A stretch of 11,078 bases of DNA from Candidatus Krumholzibacteriia bacterium (GCA_036351155.1 JAZBOO010000173.1:1-11078); one strand, 5' to 3'. Positions 1 to 7,911 are shown, counted from the stretch's first letter. The notes: a model not told the origin generated them from the letters alone. A program made the numbers and translations.

Positions 1-1829
1 ATTCCCCCGCCATCTTTGATCTCGTTGAAGGGATCGCACTCGTAATCGATCTGGTACTTCCAGGACATGCTGCGCATGAGGGGATTGGCCCAGGCTTCCC
101 GGGGGTCATCCTGCCCATGCAAGAGCACCTTCATGTTGTAGACATTGCAGGGAATACTGTAATAACTGCCGGCGTCCGGAGGATCCAGCTGATAGGTGGG
201 GAACAAGGTGTTTCGGTCGATGGCCAGGAAGATGGAACCCTCGGACGTCATGTAGGTCCGCCCGGGATCGTTGGACGAACCGGCCCCGGCAATATAGAAG
301 GTGGTCTGACTGCCATCCATGCAGGGATGCGTGTCTTCACCTTCATAGCACTCCAGGTCCGGTCCGAACGCCGAAGGCGTGCTGGAGCTGGGCAAGATCT
401 CGATGCACTGCACACAGGGCGGATAGCCCACGTCGAAGGTCACCGACGGTGGAGAACCATCACGCCGGCCATGTTCGTCCACCGCCTGCATCTTGAAGGT
501 GAACTCGGTGCTGGGGCCCGTCAAGAAACCCAGCGTGTCGGCATACCAGCCGCCCGGGCCGGCATCCCAGTCGGGTTCGGAATCGATGGAGCTGGCACCG
601 GAGGTGAAACTGAAGGTCCCCCCGGTGAAGTTGGAACGCACTCCTGTCACCACACCGGTCATGCCGATGGAATAATCAGGGAACCGCCGGGCATCACGGC
701 TGTCGTCCTTGGCCAGGGCCTTGAAGACCACGTAGGTCCGGTCAGGAATCCGATCTCCAGAAGTGAAGGGGTGGTGCTCCTGCAGGGGGTCATTCAGCAT
801 GATGTAATAAGGATAGATCTCCGGATCATCCGGATGGTCGAAATCCGTCTCGCCATCGAGCAGGATGGTCTGGGGATCGTAGTTCACCACGAACTCGAAA
901 TCACGCAGGTAGTCGGCCACTTCCACTCCGGCCACGTCAATGGAATTGACCTGGACGCCCACTTTGCCGCTGGGCAGGAACTTGCGGAAAGGATCGGTGG
1001 TGGAAGAACCATCGTTGGCGAAGTACAGATTGTTGACCTCGGCAAAAATGGAGAAGCTGTCCCCAGTGGCTTCATTGAAGCGACGGGGGTGCCAGCAGTC
1101 GGTCAGGGTCGGGACACAGTTTCCGCCCAGCTCACCGGTCAACAGCCACTTGTAACCGAACAGGCCATCGACCAGGCCCACGGTATCAATACGATCCAGA
1201 GCAGTCTGGGCATAGCCGCGAATGTTGGGGGTTTCCCCCTCCCAGTACAGGCGGTAGGGCGATCCATAGCCCACCGTGTCGCGCACGCCGGCTCCCACGG
1301 GAATGGTATCATTGCCGCTCAATCGGAAAAAATTCACCTCGGGGGTGCCCAGGGTGTTGCTGAAGAAATACAGCCGGGCCGGGGTGCGGTCAAAATCCCC
1401 GAAATCATCCACCGCCACCATGTGCAGGGTCATGTCGTAGGAAAACTGCGAGCCCTGGTTGATGGTGAAGTCAAATACGGAATCGGTCTTGGTGGTCCAC
1501 TGGGCAAACTCCAGATGGTCCGCGTCCAGGGCGGGATTGAAGCGGGTGTCCTCTTCGTCCTCGGCCGTGTCCAGGTCCTGGACCGTGGTGTCGGTCAAGG
1601 CGAAGACAAAGCGCTCCACCCGGCCGTCTTCATCGGAACCGTACCAGTACACATGGAAGTGGTAGTACCCTCCCCCGTTCTCCAGGGGGGCCCCGATGAT
1701 GTAGGTTTCGGGGGCTTTATTGACGATAACGGCCTCGGGTTCGAAGGCCCGGCAGCCGGCAAAAAGCACCAGGCCAACAAGCACAACGGTAAGCCAGAGG
1801 CTCAAAAGGATTTTCCGCCCGTTTCTCAT
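1..1829 (-). CDS. Large lipoprotein with repeated Ig/FN3-like beta-sandwich modules (3'-truncated by window edge, >609 aa)
   Basis: Not in the ORF track; translated by hand. ATG at 1829 follows AAGGGGA, and the frame is open to the left edge. N-terminus MRNGRKILLSLWLTVVLVGLVLFAG-C has a basic n-region, hydrophobic h-region and lipobox (Cys26). Repeated motifs: NKAPETYI/YDPQTIL, WYGSDEDG/AKDDSRD/HGQDDPRE, AVDDFGDFDRTPA/SIDVAG/AVDEHGRRDGSPP. The 117..1898 + ORF is its in-register antisense shadow. Confidence 0.88.
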   Translation of the reverse strand, partial: MRNGRKILLSLWLTVVLVGLVLFAGCRAFEPEAVIVNKAPETYIIGAPLENGGGYYHFHVYWYGSDEDGRVERFVFALTDTTVQDLDTAEDEEDTRFNPALDADHLEFAQWTTKTDSVFDFTINQGSQFSYDMTLHMVAVDDFGDFDRTPARLYFFSNTLGTPEVNFFRLSGNDTIPVGAGVRDTVGYGSPYRLYWEGETPNIRGYAQTALDRIDTVGLVDGLFGYKWLLTGELGGNCVPTLTDCWHPRRFNEATGDSFSIFAEVNNLYFANDGSSTTDPFRKFLPSGKVGVQVNSIDVAGVEVADYLRDFEFVVNYDPQTILLDGETDFDHPDDPEIYPYYIMLNDPLQEHHPFTSGDRIPDRTYVVFKALAKDDSRDARRFPDYSIGMTGVVTGVRSNFTGGTFSFTSGASSIDSEPDWDAGPGGWYADTLGFLTGPSTEFTFKMQAVDEHGRRDGSPPSVTFDVGYPPCVQCIEILPSSSTPSAFGPDLECYEGEDTHPCMDGSQTTFYIAGAGSSNDPGRTYMTSEGSIFLAIDRNTLFPTYQLDPPDAGSYYSIPCNVYNMKVLLHGQDDPREAWANPLMRSMSWKYQIDYECDPFNEIKDGGG

Positions 1830-1961
1830 ACTGGTATGCGTCCCCTTGGAAGCGTCGACACGACTTCTGGTTTGCATTCCGCCGCTTGGTGGGACTAGCG
1901 GCGGTCAACCGCCGGGGGCAGACCCGGCTTGTGACTGGAATGGTCAGCTTTCAACCACTGA

Positions 1962-1991
1962 AATATAGGGATTTGGGTCTTCCGATGTCAA
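1962..1991 (-). promoter_or_regulatory. Sigma70-type promoter for the lipoprotein gene
   Basis: TTGACA (1991-1986), 18-nt spacer, TATATT (1967-1962). Lies between the upstream terminator and the ATG at 1829. Confidence 0.7.
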
Positions 1992-2079
1992 CCACAAGCT
2001 TGCCCTTTTCCCCGCCGCAATGCGGCTTTCCGCCAGAATTGCCCTGAACCCGGAACCGGCTCCGCAGCAAAAACAGGAC

Positions 2080-2111
2080 AAAAAAGGAGCGCCCTCTTCC
2101 GAGGGCGCTCC
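2080..2111 (-). terminator. Rho-independent terminator of the 1057-aa gene
   Basis: Perfect 11-bp stem GGAGCGCCCTC-GGAA-GAGGGCGCTCC followed by TTTTTT on the minus strand, about 35 nt after the stop codon. Confidence 0.9.
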
Positions 2112-2127
2112 CAGGCAGCTTTCTGCC

Positions 2128-2153
2128 GAAGTGATTCCCGAAGGAATTACTTC
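2128..2153 (-). other. Stem-loop with c(UUCG)g tetraloop overlapping the stop codon
   Basis: GAAGTAATTCC-TTCG-GGAATCACTTC, 10 of 11 positions paired; TAA stop (2149-2147) is in the 5' arm. Confidence 0.65.
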
Positions 2154-5100
2154 ACCAGAGCCATCTTCTGGACCTGGACCTGGCCGGCAGTGCGCGCTTC
2201 GTAGAAGTACACACCGGAGCTGACCTTGGCGCCAGTATCGTTGGTGCCGTCCCACATGACGTGACCGCTAGCTTCGATCTGATCGTCGATGAGAGTCTTC
2301 ACCAGTTCGCCACGCACGTTGTAGATCTTCAGAGTCAGATGTCCAGCCTTGGGCATCGTGTACTCGATCTTCGTGGTGGGGTTGAAGGGGTTCGGGTAGT
2401 TGCGGACCGCGAACTTCTCAGCGCCGGGCAGAACCGGGCTGACTTCGTCCAGGTCACCTTCCACGCCGAACACGGCCAGGATCTTCTCGAGCAGAACGGC
2501 ACGGGCGGGCAGGGCCGCGGGGACCTTGTCGCCTTCGGGCGCGTTCTGGATGTACATCAGGTCGTAGGGCATCGAGATGACCCGCGACCCACCGACGGGA
2601 TCCTGGTACATGGTCAGGGCGGAGAAGTCGTAACTGCCCACGCCACCGGAAGGATCGGAGAACTCGGCCAGACGCACAGCGCCGGCACCCGTGTTCGCTT
2701 CAACAGCGTCGAAGGTGTTGATGCCGAGGCAGCCACCATAAGCGACGTAGCTGAAGTCATCAGCGAGCACACCATTGCCGGCCACGGCCTTGACGATGGG
2801 GCTGGTCTGACGACCGACCAGGGGGTTCAGGTCCTGATCGTTGAAGTTCACCTTCATCCAGTCGGCCACGAACGCAGAACCCAGGTCCTGCTGCTTGACG
2901 GCCAGGTCGAAGACCAGGTCGTCGCCGGTCAGGAAGGCGTTCTTGTTACCTTCGAGCAACCAGCTGGTCAGCAACTCGATGTCGTTGCTGGCGTCGCCGT
3001 TGTCCCAGTCACCATTACAGATGGTGTAGGAACCCAGGTTACCGGCAGAGTACAGCAAGTTGTCGTAGTTGTTCATGGTCAGCAGGGTAGCACGGCCACC
3101 GAGACCGTTACCCACACCAGAGGAAGGACCGTTGGTATAGTAGGTGTCGTAGTCTACACCCGACAAAATACCAAGGTTGGCCAGGGCACTGTGCCACTCG
3201 TCCTCGCCACCACGGTTGGCAAAGTCATTCCAGAACAGAGTCTTAGGAGTGATCAGCTCACCGGGGTTCAGAGGATTGTCATACAGGCTGGGCAGACCCC
3301 GGACCGTGAACGACGAGTTGTAGCTCAGAGCGCCACTGAAGTCCAGGAAACCATCGGGATACTCGGCACCGATGTCACGGGCCGGCAGCGTGGCCGACTG
3401 GACATCGCCGCCGACATCGTCGGTGGCGCGGATGCAGTAGTGCAGGATGTCGCCAGGATACAGGAAGTCCTCATCCGGCAGATCGAAGGCATACTTGTCC
3501 GCGACAGGATTTCCGGCACTGTTGATCGCCTGCTCGCCTTCCAGCGAACCCATGATGATGCCATCGACCTGGGTGAAGCCGGCAGGCAGCACACGGTAGG
3601 CATCGAACAGGGGGTTGGCCTTCATGGCCACGACGATTTCAGGCATTCCGACAAACACGGCACCCGCACGGGTGGCCTTGATGTCCACCACCAGGGAGTC
3701 GCCCGGGGTGTTGGGAATGTTCTCGCTCGGGGTGATCTGGTTCGAGGAGTCGAACCGGATGTCGTTGTTACCCAGGTTGGTCAGGTCCAGCTCACCGATG
3801 GTCGGGAAGTTGTCCTGGGCCAGATCCAGCTCACGAGCCGAGAAGCTCGGGCCGAAGGTCGGGTAGGTCTTGACACGGAAGTTGTCGAAGTAAGGAGCAG
3901 GCGTTCCATCGGTACCGGAGTGACCGAAGAAGATACCAGCTTCATAAGCTTCCACCTGAATCTGCACGAAGGTCGTGCCGGGTTCCAGGAGATCGCCCAC
4001 GACTTCGCGGGTACGCAGGTAGCGAGGGCCACCGTAGTACACGAAGTTGCGGTCGGCCCAGGAGGCAGACTCGATGTCGGCAGGGTCAGCGGAGCTGGTG
4101 GAACGGATGGCCCAGGTACGCATCATACCGGTGGACACGTCGTCCCAGGGCTCATGCTCGTAAACGGTATGATCATAGGTCATGCCGTTGTGAGCAGGAT
4201 CCGGCCAGGCAATCACGGGCGACTGGAGGGCCACCTGCAACAGCTCGTCCGGACCAGCGGCGCCACCGACGGGGTTCACGATGTAACCCTCGGGGCCGTA
4301 GCAGTAGGAAGTACAGACACTGGGACCAACACCCGGCACGATGACGCCGTCATCGATGAAGGCGACCTGGGGGCCGTAGTTGGTGGCACAGTCGTCGTCA
4401 TCTTCCAGACCTTCCCACAGCTGAGCGAAGTCACCAACGCCGCTGGGGAAGACGGTGTACCAGTTGCCAAGGGTGTCGTCTTCGAAATCAGTGGTGTCCA
4501 CGATATCGCTGCCACCCTGATTGTAGGTCACCACGACGTTATCGATCTGGACCGCACCCTGGGTCGGGTACAGGCAGTCGTCGTCAGACCAGGCACCGTC
4601 AGCCTGGAAGGCGATCTGGATCTTGATCTGGTCGCCATTGGCGCCCTGATAGTCTTCGGGCTGCAGAGTGAAGTTCTCGTTGATGGTGACGGGAGTCTCG
4701 GTCAGGCCGTCACGGTAGTACAGCAGCTGACGACCCAGAGCGTCGTAGTAGTAAATGGACGTGCCATCGTAACCGGGCTCGCTGTCGAAGTTGGCGATCG
4801 CACCGATATTCACGGTGGCCGACAGCGCGGGGTTCACGGTGGCGGTCCACTCGATGATGTCGTTCCAGGAGTTGCCGTAGCCCTCGTTGGGATCGGTCTC
4901 ACCGGCGCAGGGAGCGAAAATATCGCCACACCAGGCAGCCTTGTTCCCGGGATCGCCCAGCTCGTCGGCACGGAAGGTGCTGACTTGCCAGTGATTCACG
5001 GTGGGCTGAGTGACATCGTAGTGGGTCCAGGCGTTCCAGGAGGCCACGCCGTTGGCATCTTCGAAGGTACCGTTGACGTAGGTGTAAACCACGCCAATAC

Positions 5101-5320
5101 CATCTTCACCTTCCGGGATGGCAGGAACCATGGGACCCGGGCCGATGATGATGGCAGTATCGCGCGAAGCCTTGGCGTTATCAATAACGCCGCCGGTCAA
5201 CGTACTGTTGCCCATGGTGGGCTGGAGCAGTTCGGAAGGCTTGGTGCGCTCGGAGGCAAAGGCGTTCAGCGAGAACACCAGCACCAAGGCCAGACAAGCA
5301 AACATGGTGAATCTTTTCAT
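2147..5320 (-). CDS. Secreted acidic multidomain protein (1057 aa) with C-terminal FlgD-Ig / T9SS type A-like sorting domain
   Basis: Start placed at ATG 5320 rather than 5356: GGGGGG SD 6 nt upstream, then a Sec signal MKRFTMFACLALVLVFSLNAFA. C-terminus NYPNPFNPTTKIEY..LKIYNVRGELVKTL..WDGTNDTGAKVSSGVYFY..KMALVK is the typical FlgD_ig/Por-secretion tail. N-terminal half has two MAM/InhA-like jelly-roll patterns (FED..W..GYGNSW..DSEPGYD..IDNVVV; DFEDD..LQSPVI..FDNFRV). Confidence 0.88.
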   Translation of the reverse strand: MKRFTMFACLALVLVFSLNAFASERTKPSELLQPTMGNSTLTGGVIDNAKASRDTAIIIGPGPMVPAIPEGEDGIGVVYTYVNGTFEDANGVASWNAWTHYDVTQPTVNHWQVSTFRADELGDPGNKAAWCGDIFAPCAGETDPNEGYGNSWNDIIEWTATVNPALSATVNIGAIANFDSEPGYDGTSIYYYDALGRQLLYYRDGLTETPVTINENFTLQPEDYQGANGDQIKIQIAFQADGAWSDDDCLYPTQGAVQIDNVVVTYNQGGSDIVDTTDFEDDTLGNWYTVFPSGVGDFAQLWEGLEDDDDCATNYGPQVAFIDDGVIVPGVGPSVCTSYCYGPEGYIVNPVGGAAGPDELLQVALQSPVIAWPDPAHNGMTYDHTVYEHEPWDDVSTGMMRTWAIRSTSSADPADIESASWADRNFVYYGGPRYLRTREVVGDLLEPGTTFVQIQVEAYEAGIFFGHSGTDGTPAPYFDNFRVKTYPTFGPSFSARELDLAQDNFPTIGELDLTNLGNNDIRFDSSNQITPSENIPNTPGDSLVVDIKATRAGAVFVGMPEIVVAMKANPLFDAYRVLPAGFTQVDGIIMGSLEGEQAINSAGNPVADKYAFDLPDEDFLYPGDILHYCIRATDDVGGDVQSATLPARDIGAEYPDGFLDFSGALSYNSSFTVRGLPSLYDNPLNPGELITPKTLFWNDFANRGGEDEWHSALANLGILSGVDYDTYYTNGPSSGVGNGLGGRATLLTMNNYDNLLYSAGNLGSYTICNGDWDNGDASNDIELLTSWLLEGNKNAFLTGDDLVFDLAVKQQDLGSAFVADWMKVNFNDQDLNPLVGRQTSPIVKAVAGNGVLADDFSYVAYGGCLGINTFDAVEANTGAGAVRLAEFSDPSGGVGSYDFSALTMYQDPVGGSRVISMPYDLMYIQNAPEGDKVPAALPARAVLLEKILAVFGVEGDLDEVSPVLPGAEKFAVRNYPNPFNPTTKIEYTMPKAGHLTLKIYNVRGELVKTLIDDQIEASGHVMWDGTNDTGAKVSSGVYFYEARTAGQVQVQKMALVK

Positions 5321-5601
5321 CTTTTTCCCCCCATCGTTGGCTGAAATGGCCAACACATGGTCAGGCGAACGATTGCTGTACCTCGCAGCTTGATTCAGGC
5401 GCCGCAGAGTACAGATGTGAACGACAAAGGGTTCCCTGGGTTCTGTCCTACGCAGAAAACTGCGTATTGAGCGAGAGACCTCCTAAAAGGGATGCAGACC
5501 TAGGTGACGAGCGAACAAGGTGTCAAGTGATCGAACGAACATGAAAGTGGAAAATCGAGACAGCGCACCTCAAGGGATGGGAACTCTTGTCTTTGAGTCG
5601 C
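5321..5601 (-). promoter_or_regulatory. Long (~280 nt) structured 5' leader of the secreted-protein gene
   Basis: Lies between the predicted promoter (5636-5608) and ATG 5320. Hairpins at 5449-5466, 5376-5414 and 5331-5360. No credible ORF. Confidence 0.5.
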
Positions 5602-5607
5602 AGGATT

Positions 5608-5636
5608 ACCTTATCTGAATTTTAACCAGCAGTCAA
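5608..5636 (-). promoter_or_regulatory. Sigma70-type promoter for the 1057-aa gene
   Basis: TTGACT (5636-5631), 17-nt spacer, TAAGGT (5613-5608), with an AT-rich UP-like tract upstream, just after the glyS terminator. Confidence 0.6.
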
Positions 5637-5663
5637 TAGTATTATTGCAAAAAGGTGCGGGAG

Positions 5664-5696
5664 AAAAAAAGGACCCCGGAGAATTCCCCGGAGCCC
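5664..5696 (-). terminator. Rho-independent terminator of the mgtE-recO-glyQS run
   Basis: GGGCTCCGGGG-AATT-CTCCGGGGTCC (11 bp including 3 G-U pairs that form only on the minus strand) followed by T7, about 28 nt after the glyS stop. Confidence 0.85.
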
Positions 5697-5724
5697 TCGC
5701 GACCTGGAATTGGAGAATAATTCT

Positions 5725-7911
5725 CTATTTTTCCCCGGGCGCCACCGCAGTGAAATCGGCGTATCGACTGAATAAACCGTGGATTTCCCGCAAGAAAACA
5801 TGGCGTAACGTTCGGATTGCCGGCTCCTCGGCATTGACCCGCACTTCTTCGAAATAGCGGTCGATGTCGGGCCCAAGACCGGATAAAATCCCGAAAACGG
5901 AGGTGAAATCCCCAATTTTTTCAGAATTCATCAATTCCGGTAACTGTGCCGTGATTTTTTCACGCAACTCCCGCTCGGCGGGTTCGGCCAGAGCCGAGAA
6001 GTCCTCTCCCCCGGCCCCGGACCCACCTTGAGCCCAGCGCTGCAGGCAATCCTCCAGGGCGTCCAGTTCCAGAACTTCGCCCTTCAGGATGTTCTTGCAC
6101 CGCTTGTCGCCGGTGGCCAGGAGCTGAAAATCGGCCTGGTCACGATAACCGGCCAGGGCCTGCACCCAGGCCAGAGCGGCCACCGGATCGGCCCAGCGCA
6201 CCGGAAGTACGGCTCGGACCACATCCGGATCGGCTCCCAGATTCTCGGTCAAATGACCGGCCAGCCGTGTTTTGACAAACTCCTCGATCTCGGCCAGGAC
6301 GGCCCCGTGATCTTTTTCCGGAGCAAAGAGCGCCACCTGTTCCAAGGCCAGAGCCAGAGCACCCCGCAAGTCCAGGTGACAGTTCCTGTCCATCAGGATC
6401 CTGATCACGGCCAGCACATGCCGCCGCAGAGCATAGGGATCCTTGGCCCCGGTGGGCACAAAACCCGCCAGCCAGCATCCGGCCAGGTTGTCCAGACGAT
6501 CGGCCACCGACAGGGTGGCACTGACCGGCCCGGCGGGGAGTTTTCCCCGGGCCGAACGAGGCAGGTAGTGCTGCTCGATGGCTGCACAGACCTCATCACT
6601 CTCACCGGCCAGGGCCGCATAACGGGCGCCGATGAAGCCTTCCAGCTTCGTGAATTCTTTACCGTCCTTGATCATTTCGCTGACCAGATCGCTCTTGCAG
6701 ATGGCCGCGGCCCGAGCCAGGGCCGGTGGCGGGGCATCTTCCCCACCCAGGCCGTTTTCCCAGAGCCAGGCGGTCAGCTTTCCGATCCGGTCGGTCTTTT
6801 CCCGGACCGACCCGAATCCTTCCAGCCAGGTCACGGTGTCCAGCATGGCCACCCGTTCGTCGGGCGTTTTTTTAAGATCGAAATTCCAGTAGAACAGGGC
6901 ATCGGCCAGCCGAGCCCGCAAAACTCTCTCGTTGCCCGCCACCACGCTGGCCAGATGCTCGGTGCCGCCATCCCGGACGGCGGCAAAGCGGGGCAGCAAG
7001 TGGTGACCATCGGCACCGGCCACGGTGAAATACCTCTGGTGGGCTTTCAATGCGGTGGTGATGACCTCCGCGGGCAAGGCGGTGAAGTCCTCACCGTAGG
7101 CCCCCAGGAAGGGGGTGGGGTGCTCGCACAGGAAAACCACCTCGGTCAGCAGTTCCTCGTCGGTCACCAGGCGGGCCGAGGGATCGAAGTCCGCCAGAGC
7201 CTGACGATGGCCCTCGACCACCAGGGCACGCCGCCGATCCTGATCGACGATCACCCCGACCTTCAGCAGAGCCTCCTCGTAATCCTGGGCTCGAGCCACG
7301 GAAATGGTCTCGTCCATGGAAAGGGTCCGGTGGCCGCGGGTGGTGCGCCCGGCCTCGAGGTAGTCCACTTTCAGCGGGACCACCTCTTCGTCCAGCAGGG
7401 CCAGGATCCACTGCAGAGGACGAGGGTACTCCAGATCCCGGTCTCCCCACCGCATGGTCTTGCGGAAAGGCACCCCCAGCACAGCCGGGGGAACAACCTC
7501 GGCCAGAACCTCGGCCGCAGGGCGGCCGGTCTCGATCTTGCGCGCCAGCAGGTGTTCGCCGCGCTGGTCCTCCCCCCGCTCGCACTCTTCCAGGCTGAGA
7601 CCGGCCTTGCGGGCAAAACCCTGCCCGGCCGGGGTGGGCGTCCCATCGGCTCCGAAGGCCACCTTCACCGGGGGGCCCTTGATGACCAGCTCCCGGTCCG
7701 GTTGCCGGGCGTCCAGGCCGGTGACCCGCAAGGCCATGCGGCGTGGAGTGGCCATCACGTGGATATTCTCCCAGCCGAGGTGGGCCCCTTGCAGAGCCTC
7801 TTCCACCAGGCGCTGCAGGTCAGCCATGGCGCCGGGAATGAACCGAGCGGGAATCTCCTCGCTGCCGATCTCGAGCAGGAAGGTCCGGGTGCTTCGCGTA
7901 TCCTGGCTCAT
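5725..7911 (-). CDS. glyS: Glycine--tRNA ligase beta subunit
   Basis: [63 protein letters not shown] overlap with the glyQ stop. Confidence 0.98.
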   Translation of the reverse strand: MSQDTRSTRTFLLEIGSEEIPARFIPGAMADLQRLVEEALQGAHLGWENIHVMATPRRMALRVTGLDARQPDRELVIKGPPVKVAFGADGTPTPAGQGFARKAGLSLEECERGEDQRGEHLLARKIETGRPAAEVLAEVVPPAVLGVPFRKTMRWGDRDLEYPRPLQWILALLDEEVVPLKVDYLEAGRTTRGHRTLSMDETISVARAQDYEEALLKVGVIVDQDRRRALVVEGHRQALADFDPSARLVTDEELLTEVVFLCEHPTPFLGAYGEDFTALPAEVITTALKAHQRYFTVAGADGHHLLPRFAAVRDGGTEHLASVVAGNERVLRARLADALFYWNFDLKKTPDERVAMLDTVTWLEGFGSVREKTDRIGKLTAWLWENGLGGEDAPPPALARAAAICKSDLVSEMIKDGKEFTKLEGFIGARYAALAGESDEVCAAIEQHYLPRSARGKLPAGPVSATLSVADRLDNLAGCWLAGFVPTGAKDPYALRRHVLAVIRILMDRNCHLDLRGALALALEQVALFAPEKDHGAVLAEIEEFVKTRLAGHLTENLGADPDVVRAVLPVRWADPVAALAWVQALAGYRDQADFQLLATGDKRCKNILKGEVLELDALEDCLQRWAQGGSGAGGEDFSALAEPAERELREKITAQLPELMNSEKIGDFTSVFGILSGLGPDIDRYFEEVRVNAEEPAIRTLRHVFLREIHGLFSRYADFTAVAPGEK

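Noticed and set aside
117..1898. 593-aa plus-strand ORF
   Set aside because: In-register antisense shadow of the minus-strand lipoprotein; V/G/H/I-rich composition with no motifs.
1944..2255. Short ORFs across intergenic regions (1944..2255 -, 2020..2223 +; likewise 5622..5915 -, 5645..5857 +)
   Set aside because: They cross terminators and promoters, lack RBSs and have non-protein-like composition.
2261..5344. 1027-aa plus-strand ORF
   Set aside because: Antisense shadow caused by avoidance of TTA/CTA/TCA codons in the real gene.
5321..5356. Upstream GTG start at 5356 for the large gene
   Set aside because: No SD. ATG 5320 has a GGGGGG SD and begins a clean signal peptide.
5468..5520. GCGAGAGACCT resembling the start of a glycine riboswitch near glyS
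   Set aside because: It is on the plus strand with no downstream sense gene and lacks the CGCCGAAG and CTCTCAGG core elements.
5497..5526. Second promoter at TTGACA 5526-5521
   Set aside because: The -10 candidates (CTAGGT at 17 nt, TAGGTC at 18 nt) are poor; not called, though not excluded.
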